From a bacterium (lineage in GTDB: Bacteria; CLD3; SB21): 64,000 bases of DNA. The stretch covers positions 40,470-104,469 of the forward strand of contig JABWCP010000006.1 of assembly GCA_013360215.1 (NCBI GenBank). Direction: 5' to 3'. The notes below the pieces were generated by a model. It worked only from the letters and a program-made list of their open reading frames with translations, was not told the DNA's origin and searched no databases. The position numbers and the translations under genes were made by a program. Shown here piece by piece: positions 20,394 to 29,293 of the stretch. Every line of letters starts with the position of its first letter. The stretch's first letter is position 1.

Positions 20394-20419
20394 AAAGCGG
20401 GCCAAAGCCCGCTTTTTTT
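20394..20419 (+). terminator. Rho-independent terminator
   Basis: aaagcgggc-caaa-gcccgcttt followed by T run. Confidence 0.85.
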
Positions 20420-20741
20420 ATAAAAAGCCTGGCTTGTAATATTTTAGTTCAAATTGGTTTCAAAAGCCACGTTATCAAGTTGATGATGGGATGTAACTAT
20501 CAAATTAATTTTATCCATTGGCGAGGATGGCTTTTTCATAAGGCGATTCATTTTGCTTCACAGAGCGAAACAGGGGACAAATACCCGGGATATCATTCAC
20601 ATGAAAATAGGGTTTGAATTGTCGAATATGGCCATGAGTTTTAGAATACAGATACGAACAAGCGAAAATTTTGGTAATTCAAATTGAAAGTTGAACTTAG
20701 GTATTGAACTTTGGGCTATCAGATGATTTCGAAATTATTTG

Positions 20742-23204
20742 TCAGTATTTTTTCTTTTTTCTTAATCTTCCGATGAAAGGGGATACGATAATAATCGCGA
20801 AAGGAATGAACAAAAAAGCGATAAACTCATACGGCACGCGGTGCAAGGGAATTGTCTCAGGGTTGCCCCAGAGCATGAGCCCCGCCCAGTAATAAGGCGA
20901 TTGTTTCAGTTCATACGCCTCATTGATATATTTTAGTTTCGCTTGCCGTAGCGCTTCTGCACGCGTAAGTCCGGATGCAATACCTTCATAAAATGCACTC
21001 ATAATCATGGCTGTTGCTTCGTCATCAATATCCCAAGCGGACATGATCAGGCTGTATGCACCAGCATACGCAAAAGCTTGATTGAAACCCATGAGCCCTT
21101 CGCCGGCGACGGGTTTGCCCAAGCCGGTGCGGCAGGCGCTTAAAACGACAAGGTCAGCATCAATACGAAAGTCATAGATGTCATACATTTTAAGAGAACT
21201 GTGATCCGAAAAAAAAATTTGTGAATACATCGGTTCGATATCGGATACGACAGCGTGAGTAGCGAAATCTATGATTTTATAATTAGCGATATGGGATATT
21301 ATTTCATTTACTGAAAGATGGTTAACCCAATATCGGCTTTTATCAAATGTGTTTGAGCTGCTAATCATCTGTTTTTCAGTGTAAGGCAGATCACTTCGTA
21401 GTGAAGATGAAGCAAATGCAAATCCAGCATAGTGGCGAGGTGCGTTTGAAAAACGACGAACGCGATCTAACCAAAAACTGGCTGATATGGCGTAAACTAT
21501 AGGATAATGTCGAAGCAAAATATCGTTAGGTTTATCTGATGAAAGTAACAATTCAAAGGGCAAACGGGTTAATGGCCCGTCTGGGACAACGATGAGTGTT
21601 TTATTTTTATCAAGAATGTCTTCAAAAGGGTGAATCAACGCATTGTATAATTTTCTGCTCGCCACTTCGTCCGTGGTTTGATTTGTACAGACAGTTTCAG
21701 CCCATCGGATTAAACTATCTTTACGGATTCCTGAAATATTTATTTTCATCGTATCGCCAGTAATAAAAAACGAAATCAACGAATCTTCACAGAGGCCGTA
21801 CTCTATTAGTTGGTAGGACTGACCCAATGCGTCCTTTAAAGCGTTCGAGGATTGATTTGTATTTTCAAATGGTGATTTCGCAGAATCCTCCAAAAAAAGT
21901 AAAGAGTCTAACAGGTGAACTCGTTCGGTATCCCATATGCGGGCCTCATGCAGAGCTATGGGATGATTTTGATATTGGCCAAAGATATTTCGAATGCGTC
22001 GATCAATTGAAGATAAACTGTCTGATAAAGCTTTCAGTGATCTATTACCGCTAAGTCGGAGCAGTTTGGATGAGTACAGTGATTTAGTATTTTCAATGAG
22101 GTTAAATGCGACTTGAGTTTTTCCTTGTCTGGCATAAAAACGCGCGGCATGTAGATAAGCAGGGACGATATTTTTAGAAATAGCAACAATGGAGATACCT
22201 TTATTTAATTCAGCCTTTTTAGTAGCTAACATGATAGAGCGACGGTACAAGCTGTCGGCTTCTTCTATTTTAGATTGTGATTCGGCCACTCTAGCTAATC
22301 CGGAACAAGCCGTCCAGTTTTCCATTAATAAATTCAATGCAGTTTTATAAGAAACAGAGGCTTTATCCCATTTGCCGATACGTTCATAATAGTATCCCAA
22401 TTCGCTGTACACGACATCTGCTTCGCTTTTCAACGTTTTTATTTCTTCAACGGATCGTAGTTGATTCTTTATTGCTTCTTCGTATTTGTTTTGTTTGTAA
22501 TACAATTCAGCGATGCCCGAATAAGCGCTTAATTTACGATCATTTGGCTGAATATGGAGCTTAGAACTCATTGCCAAAACTCGATTAAAATACTCTTCCG
22601 ATTTTCGAAACTCATTAGTTTCTCTGAAAATTCTTCCCATCTGAAGGTAGGTCGAGCTTAATTCATACTCATCATGTAGTCGCTCAAAAAAAATATTACA
22701 TGAATCAAAACAAGCTAGTGCTTCGCGGTAATTACCAAGATGAAAATTGACTAATCCTAATCGGTTAAGTGTAGAGTAATACGGATGCGGTTTCTTTTTA
22801 AACACGGAATCAGCGCGTGCAATTTTAATTGCCTCATGTAGGAGTAGTAGAGAAGAGGAATATTCGTTGAGCATCAGTTTGTAGTGCGCTTCAAAAGATA
22901 AAGCATAAACCAGCCAATCAGGATAATGTGTATTTAAAAATATCTGTTGAGACTTACGGGTAGGATCAATCGCAGAAGCATAGTCGTTAATATTTTGATA
23001 AAACACTCCTATCCGAAGATATTCAATACCGCAACGCATAGAGTCAGTTCGGTTGCTCAATGATGAAATCAAACTATCCAAAACATGCAACGCACCGCGT
23101 GGGTTGCTTTCATTCAGCATTTTTTGGATTGGCTTGAAATCTTGTGATGAAGCTTTTGTGAATACAACCAAACAATACATCACAAAATAAAGGAACTTAA
23201 TCAT
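20742..23204 (-). CDS. TPR-CHAT (caspase/separase-like) protease with signal peptide and C-terminal TM anchor
   Basis: TPR repeats; IVVPDGPLTRLPFELL; catalytic His (FATHA) and Cys (VLSACRTG); SPYYWAG; TM followed by RLRKKKKY. Confidence 0.93.
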   Translation of the reverse strand: MIKFLYFVMYCLVVFTKASSQDFKPIQKMLNESNPRGALHVLDSLISSLSNRTDSMRCGIEYLRIGVFYQNINDYASAIDPTRKSQQIFLNTHYPDWLVYALSFEAHYKLMLNEYSSSLLLLHEAIKIARADSVFKKKPHPYYSTLNRLGLVNFHLGNYREALACFDSCNIFFERLHDEYELSSTYLQMGRIFRETNEFRKSEEYFNRVLAMSSKLHIQPNDRKLSAYSGIAELYYKQNKYEEAIKNQLRSVEEIKTLKSEADVVYSELGYYYERIGKWDKASVSYKTALNLLMENWTACSGLARVAESQSKIEEADSLYRRSIMLATKKAELNKGISIVAISKNIVPAYLHAARFYARQGKTQVAFNLIENTKSLYSSKLLRLSGNRSLKALSDSLSSIDRRIRNIFGQYQNHPIALHEARIWDTERVHLLDSLLFLEDSAKSPFENTNQSSNALKDALGQSYQLIEYGLCEDSLISFFITGDTMKINISGIRKDSLIRWAETVCTNQTTDEVASRKLYNALIHPFEDILDKNKTLIVVPDGPLTRLPFELLLSSDKPNDILLRHYPIVYAISASFWLDRVRRFSNAPRHYAGFAFASSSLRSDLPYTEKQMISSSNTFDKSRYWVNHLSVNEIISHIANYKIIDFATHAVVSDIEPMYSQIFFSDHSSLKMYDIYDFRIDADLVVLSACRTGLGKPVAGEGLMGFNQAFAYAGAYSLIMSAWDIDDEATAMIMSAFYEGIASGLTRAEALRQAKLKYINEAYELKQSPYYWAGLMLWGNPETIPLHRVPYEFIAFLFIPFAIIIVSPFIGRLRKKKKY

Positions 23205-23281
23205 AAGGAATGGCGTTTAATGTAGAAGTCTCTCTCAATTTAATTTATCGTCCTACCCATCTCAAAAAGAGGAGTGTTTGT

Positions 23282-23908
23282 ATGAAAAAGATCGCTCTCT
23301 GCGTTTCAGGCACTTTTACGCTTGCAATTATTTATGCTTTGTACGGTATTTTAGGGCCAGTTAACACAACTGACACCAATGATTCGGGCACAGCTATTCC
23401 ACCGACCGGAGGAGGTAATGATGTTCAAATATCCAATAGGCCGATCAGTGATCCTAATTCCTACCTATCCATAACTTTACCAAAAAACATTATTGCCGAC
23501 ATTTCTATCAATGTAATTAACAATGGTGACGCCGATGGTCAGCCTAATTACATCGTAATGTCTCAATATTATATGACGATGTGGGATGACGGTTTGCCGG
23601 AAGTGAAATCTCATAACGATGTGCTGACCAAAGTTCAAATTATTCGTGATAAAATATTAAAATTTAAATCACAAAACATTTTCTCCCGTTATCCAATGGG
23701 TACTGTGCTGACAGGGGATACAATTTTTGTAGAAATCGACGGTAAAGCTGTATCCCTTGGCGAACTGATACGTTTTGGGTTTTATTTTAACTCCGGCAAA
23801 ACGACGCCGTACGACGAGTATTATTGCAAAATAGGAATGAGAAATTACGGCATCAAAATCGAAGTTCGTAACAAAGGTTTCATGAAATACTTTGACAGCT
23901 CGCATTAA
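23282..23908 (+). CDS. Hypothetical exported/membrane-anchored protein
   Basis: SD gaggag; hydrophobic N-terminus; no family recognised. Confidence 0.65.
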   Translation: MKKIALCVSGTFTLAIIYALYGILGPVNTTDTNDSGTAIPPTGGGNDVQISNRPISDPNSYLSITLPKNIIADISINVINNGDADGQPNYIVMSQYYMTMWDDGLPEVKSHNDVLTKVQIIRDKILKFKSQNIFSRYPMGTVLTGDTIFVEIDGKAVSLGELIRFGFYFNSGKTTPYDEYYCKIGMRNYGIKIEVRNKGFMKYFDSSH

Positions 23909-24090
23909 ATATAGCTTGAAACGGTTTTGTAATGTTTCAGAAAGTGCAGATTTATGTCAGGTACAGTTTTTTTACATAGATATTATTCATGATTCAATGG
24001 GTATTTACATATACCGACATATGATTTACTTGCTTTTACTTGTTCGGTATTTTCAAAAAACGTTTCATATGTTTTTTTACGAATTAAAAA

Positions 24091-24723
24091 CTATTCGCTG
24101 ATGTATTTATTTATTTGTGCTGTGAGTATTTCGACACGCAAAAAAACTTTGGAGTTGGTTGTAAGTTTACGAACTGATTCCAATGTGTTTAATGTGAGTA
24201 CTAGTTTTTCTTTATCATACCTCGGAAACAAACCCAGAGTCGTTTCTTTGGATTCAAATAACAATCGCACACCTTCTTTGAAGAGCCGGATATCCTCCGG
24301 CTCTTTTTCATTGGAACCGCGGGTCGCGGCGGGTGCTATGGCAAACTCATAATCCTTTTGAAACTGCGCCAAGCCTTGCGGCCCGTGATCGAACCGATAA
24401 TTTACATAAGCCACTAGGCCGGAATAACTCCCGACTATGATCAAAAAAATGGCTGCGGCGCGTAACCACACGGTTTTTGTCAAATTAGATTTTACAGAAG
24501 GTGTGGTTTTCTGTTGGAGCCGTGCAAAATGATTTTCCGAGGGGGTTAGTCGATCTAATCCCGTTTTACGATCCAGCATGACCTGTAATTCAGCCTGAGC
24601 ATTCGGATCCAGATCTATGCGTCGGCGAATAGATTCTTCTTTTTCCGGTGTCAAAGGAAAATGACTGCGCATCGCATAGTCGGCAATTTCCTGACGGCTG
24701 AGTTTTTCTTTTGAGTCCAGCAT
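24091..24723 (-). CDS. Putative single-pass anti-sigma factor
   Basis: Directly downstream of the ECF sigma; ~85-aa N-domain, WLRAAAIFLIIVG TM, helical C-domain with ATRGS motif. Confidence 0.7.
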   Translation of the reverse strand: MLDSKEKLSRQEIADYAMRSHFPLTPEKEESIRRRIDLDPNAQAELQVMLDRKTGLDRLTPSENHFARLQQKTTPSVKSNLTKTVWLRAAAIFLIIVGSYSGLVAYVNYRFDHGPQGLAQFQKDYEFAIAPAATRGSNEKEPEDIRLFKEGVRLLFESKETTLGLFPRYDKEKLVLTLNTLESVRKLTTNSKVFLRVEILTAQINKYISE

Positions 24724-24747
24724 ACAATCTCTTACGGTATAGACAAT

Positions 24748-25398
24748 TTAGGGGTTCGGTTCATAACTCTCTGCATAGGCTTCGCGGATTGTATGGGAAT
24801 TGCGAAGCGCTTTGATGCCACGCGCAAAATACGCGCGTATGGTTTCCACGCTGTGTCCCATCTCCTGAGCGATCACATGATACTCTTTATCTTCCCATAT
24901 TTTTTTGTGAATAACCGTCTGTACATAGTCCGGAAGTTGGCGCATTTCTCCGGAGATGATTCTGTCAAAAAACAGTTTTACATCCAAATCATGTATCATG
25001 GACCTATCGGCTTCGTTACCGATCACTTCTGTCAGTACTTCGTTCCACTGTTCCGGATGACAAGAACGAATATAGTTGAGAAAGCGATACTTGCAGATGA
25101 CCGAAAGCCATCCCGCAAAATGCGACGGGGTATGCACATGAGCGTGTTTTTGAATGAATAAAAAATAGACTTCTTCGATAAGTTTTTCGGCATCACCGGC
25201 AGAGTGAATTTGCCCGCAAAGAAACTTGCGAAAAAAATATCTTCTCGTCCAGCAATAAACCCAAGTTTGTACCCATTCGCCGTCATTTGCTTTGCCAATC
25301 AGACGCCATTGCACAAAACGATGGTTCACCGCATCGGCATTATCTAATTGAAAATCAATGGCTTTGAGCAATGTGCCCGGCAACTGATCTGAATCCAT
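24748..25398 (-). CDS. ECF-type sigma-70 factor
   Basis: Region 2 (DAEKLIEEVY, FAGWLSVICKYRFLNYIR) and region 4 (LPDYVQTV, YHVIAQEMGHSVETIRAYFARGIKALR). Confidence 0.88.
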   Translation of the reverse strand: MDSDQLPGTLLKAIDFQLDNADAVNHRFVQWRLIGKANDGEWVQTWVYCWTRRYFFRKFLCGQIHSAGDAEKLIEEVYFLFIQKHAHVHTPSHFAGWLSVICKYRFLNYIRSCHPEQWNEVLTEVIGNEADRSMIHDLDVKLFFDRIISGEMRQLPDYVQTVIHKKIWEDKEYHVIAQEMGHSVETIRAYFARGIKALRNSHTIREAYAESYEPNP

Positions 25399-25480
25399 GA
25401 GGGAAAGTAGTTATGAAATAACCAAGAACGGTGTCTATATGAGTAAACAAAGTTAAACATCGGTATGGCGATGTACAAGA
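25238..25480. repeat. Copy 1 of ~240-bp direct repeat (sigma 5' end plus upstream region)
   Basis: About 90% identical to 27681-27912 by hand alignment, with a net 11-bp indel. Confidence 0.95.
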
Positions 25481-25669
25481 AAATTATTTCTTAAAAACTT
25501 TTTGTGAATTTTGTTCATAGGAAAATCGAGTATGTAATGTTTTCCGCTCTTAGAGCAATGAGTAACTGCGAAGTGTGTAATATGCTCTAAAACTTCCACT
25601 GCCAAATAACTAAGTATTTAATAATTTCGTTCTAATTGAATTGTTAAACCAAATTTAGGAGGAGATGTT

Positions 25670-26683
25670 ATGATCCGTTTTTTTATCGGCATTTTCATTT
25701 TCTTTCTTACCGCACAAGCTAGTTCTCAGAATGTTAAGCTAATAAGAAAAGGTGAGATCAAGGAACACGATATCAATTCTGCAATAACCGCAATATTTGG
25801 ATCTAAACTAGACACTGCTGTTTTGGCGATTATGGATGACGGAAATGCGATAACTTGGACGCTTGGAGGTAAATCCGTAAAACAGGGCGCAGTTCTTAAC
25901 GCCAGGGTATTTTATATCTTTGTTGCCGGTAATCGGATTATGGATGAACCGTCTGTCAATTATATCAAAAACAAATCTGCAATCGAAAATTCAGTGAATG
26001 ACATTTTGAGTTTTATTAAGCAATCAAATCGGTTCGGAATATATAGCGCCAAAAGTAACGGGGGCAACATCCCATATAAGGTATATGAAGTTTCAAATAT
26101 TAAACCCCCGGGAAACGCTGAAATAATTATAGATGTGATTCAAGATGACAACTCAAGAATGAGCAAGAAGATAACAGTTCCAATCCATGAGTTGAATTGG
26201 GCACTGCTTAAAGTCGGTGTGCAGCAGAGCAAGTTTGTCAAAAATGATTTTAGAATCAGCGAAGGTCGAATCATTGCATCACCTGATAGTGCACATCGGA
26301 AAGAATGGAAACAGCAGTTGTTCGTAGCGATTGAAGTGCATTGGCCTCGCGATCCGGAAACTTATAATCCGAACATATACAACTGGAAAAAACATAATTA
26401 TGACCGTTTGGGGTTGTTCACTGGCTTAAAATTGTCAAAAGCCCCCTTAGATGTCTTTTTTATTGGAAGTACGGTTGATCTTTTTAAAGATTTTTCTTTT
26501 GTCGGCGGTCTATCATGGAAAAAAATTTATAAAAACGAATCTGTAGCAATCGGGAATGTGTCTTCGCTTAAGACAGCCAAAAACTACCTGACCCAAAAAT
26601 ATTCTAAGCCAACGTGGTTTTGGGGCTTAGCTCTATCGCCATCTGCAATGGCAGAATCACTTGGGTTAAAAGAAAAACAATGA
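25670..26683 (+). CDS. Hypothetical exported protein, C-terminal half possibly an outer-membrane beta-barrel
   Basis: SD aggagg; signal peptide; alternating hydrophobic strands (RLGLFTGL, FSFVGGLSW, TWFWGLAL). Confidence 0.7.
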   Translation: MIRFFIGIFIFFLTAQASSQNVKLIRKGEIKEHDINSAITAIFGSKLDTAVLAIMDDGNAITWTLGGKSVKQGAVLNARVFYIFVAGNRIMDEPSVNYIKNKSAIENSVNDILSFIKQSNRFGIYSAKSNGGNIPYKVYEVSNIKPPGNAEIIIDVIQDDNSRMSKKITVPIHELNWALLKVGVQQSKFVKNDFRISEGRIIASPDSAHRKEWKQQLFVAIEVHWPRDPETYNPNIYNWKKHNYDRLGLFTGLKLSKAPLDVFFIGSTVDLFKDFSFVGGLSWKKIYKNESVAIGNVSSLKTAKNYLTQKYSKPTWFWGLALSPSAMAESLGLKEKQ

Positions 26684-26850
26684 ACGATCATCGCGCTATA
26701 TGACCGTTATGTATTTTCATTAGAATTTATTATAACTACGAAAGCCGCAAATTTTGGAGACAGAGTCTTTTCTTTTTTAGAAAAACAAATATTTCAATGT
26801 GCTTTTGGGGTTATTCATAGAAGTTAAACATCTTCAAAAGAAGGAGTTTT

Positions 26851-27374
26851 ATGAAAAAAATCATTTTTTTTTCTTGCTTCTGTGGGCTCATGATGTCTTT
26901 TCTCAGTCAGACAATTCGTCTGAAGATGAAAAGCCTTGGCTTAAAAAGCATTTCAATGTCAAGTCGGGTTGGGGATATAGATTTTGGCTGGTACGGCTTG
27001 AGGAGAGGTTTTATATTGATTTGAAAGAAAAACATCATAAGGAAATCGATGTTTTTAAACATGGAAAAATAGGAGCTCCGGGGTCTCAGATTTTGAGTAT
27101 AGATGCGTATCATGGATTTGATAAAGGCTTTCTTAGATTGGGGGTAAACGGTTCTTTAGGTCATGCCACTACCGCTGATCAAGAAGAAGAGCTACTCATA
27201 TGGACGGCAGGAGGATTTATTCAATTTGGCAGAGCAATCCGAATTGAAGGTGGCATAATAAAGGCTTTTAGTGCGGATATAGCATCGGATGGTAGGCAAG
27301 ATGATCGTGCATGCTATATAGGCCTGTCATATCCCTACGATTTGATAGATGTAATAAACGAATTTACTCAATGA
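26851..27374 (+). pseudogene. Exported protein gene frameshifted in a T9 tract (phase-variable, pseudogene or sequencing error)
   Basis: SD aaggag plus ATG 26851 is out of frame with the long ORF; T10 restores MKKIIFFFLLLWAHDVFSQ signal peptide. Confidence 0.7.
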
Positions 27375-27447
27375 AGTTTATAGTCGGGTTTTGATTTAAA
27401 CTTTCAAATTTATGCGCCGAACATTTTACGTAGCATAGATCTTCATG

Positions 27448-27476
27448 AAAGCCGGAAAATTAACCGGCTTTTTTTT
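27448..27476 (+). terminator. Rho-independent terminator
   Basis: aaagccgg-aaaattaa-ccggcttt followed by T run. Confidence 0.8.
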
Positions 27477-27680
27477 GTTACCACTAAAAATTAAGGAAAA
27501 TAATACCTTTCTCAAATGCATCCAACCCCGACGCAGTTATAATCTTTTCATTACAAAGCCACTATATACTTTATCGCCTCATTGATGTATCACCAAATTT
27601 ACATCAGAAATAATCCGCCTGCTGCTATTGAGCACACTCTCAAATAGTTATCAAAGACTTAAAGTGTTCACACAGAGTTG

Positions 27681-27830
27681 TATTTTCTCGTCCAGCAATA
27701 AACCCAAGTTTGTACCTATTCGTCGTCATTTGCTTTGCCCATCAGACGCCATTGCACAAAACGATCTTTCGTTATCTAATTGAAAATCAATGGCTTTGAG
27801 CAATGTGCCCGACATATGACCTGAATCCAT
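27681..27830 (-). pseudogene. Truncated remnant of the ECF sigma gene 5' end (within repeat copy 2, 27681-27912)
   Basis: Reads MDSGHMSGTLLKAIDFQLDN, then an 11-bp net deletion and TGG to TAG; homology stops after about 50 codons. Confidence 0.9.
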
Positions 27831-27934
27831 GAGGGAATGCAGTTATGTAATAACCAAGAATGGTGTCTATATGAGTAAATAAAGTTAAACACCATAGCTA
27901 CGATGTACAAGATTTTTTTGCATAAGCGCGTATT

Positions 27935-27972
27935 CAGAATTTCCACGCGTGCTATGGGAGATGGAAATTCTG
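27935..27972. promoter_or_regulatory. Inverted repeat upstream of Mor-like gene 1
   Basis: cagaatttcca-N16-tggaaattctg, perfect 11-bp arms. Confidence 0.5.
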
Positions 27973-28054
27973 TCGTCTAAATTTAAGCACACGTCTTTTG
28001 GGTCTAATTCCTTTTTTGGTTCTCATATTCGTCTTTTAAGGGGTCTGTACGGCT

Positions 28055-28360
28055 ATGTCTAAAAGCAGCAAATACGATGCGACACGTGAATTTATAGATG
28101 CACTTACGGAAATCATCGCCGAACCGCACCAGCATGTATTGGACAAGGTTATACTAATATGTACGCGCCTCAGAGGTTCTTACGTACCGTCTGAAAAATA
28201 TGTGCTTCGTCAGAAAGCGGTGCGTGATGTGGTCGAAATGCATCATCGCGGCATGCCGGTGCGCCTCATCATCGAAAAAACAGGTCTGAAAAAATCAACC
28301 GTGTACAAAATAATCAAAGACCAAAACGGCGGTATTTCTGAAAAGACCAATACGAAATAA
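28055..28360 (+). CDS. Small HTH protein, Mor/C activator-like (paralog 1)
   Basis: LRGSYVPS followed by C-terminal HTH GMPVRLIIEKTGLKKSTVYKII. Confidence 0.7.
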   Translation: MSKSSKYDATREFIDALTEIIAEPHQHVLDKVILICTRLRGSYVPSEKYVLRQKAVRDVVEMHHRGMPVRLIIEKTGLKKSTVYKIIKDQNGGISEKTNTK

Positions 28361-28388
28361 TAAGATCATTGAAGTGGAGATAGTAGCT

Positions 28389-28481
28389 GTGAAAGATAAT
28401 TTCTTAAGAGATTTCGGTCTTACGATGATGCTTGCCACGATTTCCGGATTGTTGTTGCTGTGCATCGTATGGTGGCTGTGA
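28389..28481 (+). CDS. 30-aa single-TM small protein
   Basis: SD ggag, GTG start, MKDNFLRDFGLTMMLATISGLLLLCIVWWL; below ORF-track cutoff. Confidence 0.45.
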   Translation: MKDNFLRDFGLTMMLATISGLLLLCIVWWL

Positions 28482-28597
28482 TGTGAATGTATGCCGTCAA
28501 GCTTAGAATAAGACGCTTTATTTTATCAGGTGATTGTAACAAAACGAATATATGAAAAAATCATACCAATGATTTCCAAAAAACACGGGGAGAAGAC

Positions 28598-29215
28598 ATG
28601 AGACAAATAGGGTGGTCTGTAGTATTCATGCTGATCGTTTTCGGCATAAGTATATACGGTCAAAAACAAGAGAAAGAAAGAAAGCCTACGGCCGCAGTAT
28701 TGGATTTTAAGATCATATCGGGATTGACGCCGCAGGAAGCAGCCGCGCTGACGAGCAAGTTTCGTAACTCGTTTTCCAATACCGGCAAATACACGGTGCT
28801 TGAGCGCGGTGAGATGGACAAGATTCTCAAAGAGCAGGATTTTAAGATGTCCGATGTGTGTAACTCCAGCGAGTGCGCGGTGGAGATCGGCCAGTTATTG
28901 GCCGCAGAGAAGATGGTAACCGGAGACATCGGCAAAATAGGAGAGACTTATTCGGTCACGATCAAACTTTTGGATGTGACTACCGGCAAAGTGGATGTGA
29001 CGGTCAATGAGGAATACCGCGGTAAACCGGACGGATTGCTTACGGTATTTGATATCATGGCGCAGAAAATCACCGGCACGTATAGAGTTTCCAAAACCAA
29101 ATGGTATATCCTCGGCGGAGTGGTGATAGCCGGCGGTGCAGCGGCGTTTCTAATGAAGCCCGCCAAGAAATCACCTCCGGTTTCTGTTTTTCCGGATCCG
29201 CCGAATAATCCGTAA
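28598..29215 (+). CDS. CsgG/HfaB (TolB-N-like) domain exported protein with C-terminal Gly-rich hydrophobic tail
   Basis: AVLDF...YTVLERGEMDKILKEQ...CAVEIGQLLAAEKMVTGDIGKIG; tail KWYILGGVVIAGGAAAFL...PDPP. Confidence 0.8.
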   Translation: MRQIGWSVVFMLIVFGISIYGQKQEKERKPTAAVLDFKIISGLTPQEAAALTSKFRNSFSNTGKYTVLERGEMDKILKEQDFKMSDVCNSSECAVEIGQLLAAEKMVTGDIGKIGETYSVTIKLLDVTTGKVDVTVNEEYRGKPDGLLTVFDIMAQKITGTYRVSKTKWYILGGVVIAGGAAAFLMKPAKKSPPVSVFPDPPNNP

Positions 29216-29293
29216 CAATAAGACAATGCACCGTTAACCGGAAGAATATTCTTCATCGGACTTGAACTACATAAAACATACAGGAGATAAGCA

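Noticed and set aside
20420..20740. Possible gene remnants in AT-rich spacers (also 27480-27680, 30950-31250, 33700-34140)
   Set aside because: Only short ORFs with no recognisable similarity; a translated search (tblastx/HMM) would be needed
20742..25398. CRISPR-associated (Craspase) locus
   Set aside because: No cas genes or repeat-spacer array in the window, and the protease appears to be exported
26799..26850. ORF-track start (GTG 26799) for the 191-aa protein
   Set aside because: No SD and no signal peptide; ATG 26851 with a frameshift explains the sequence better
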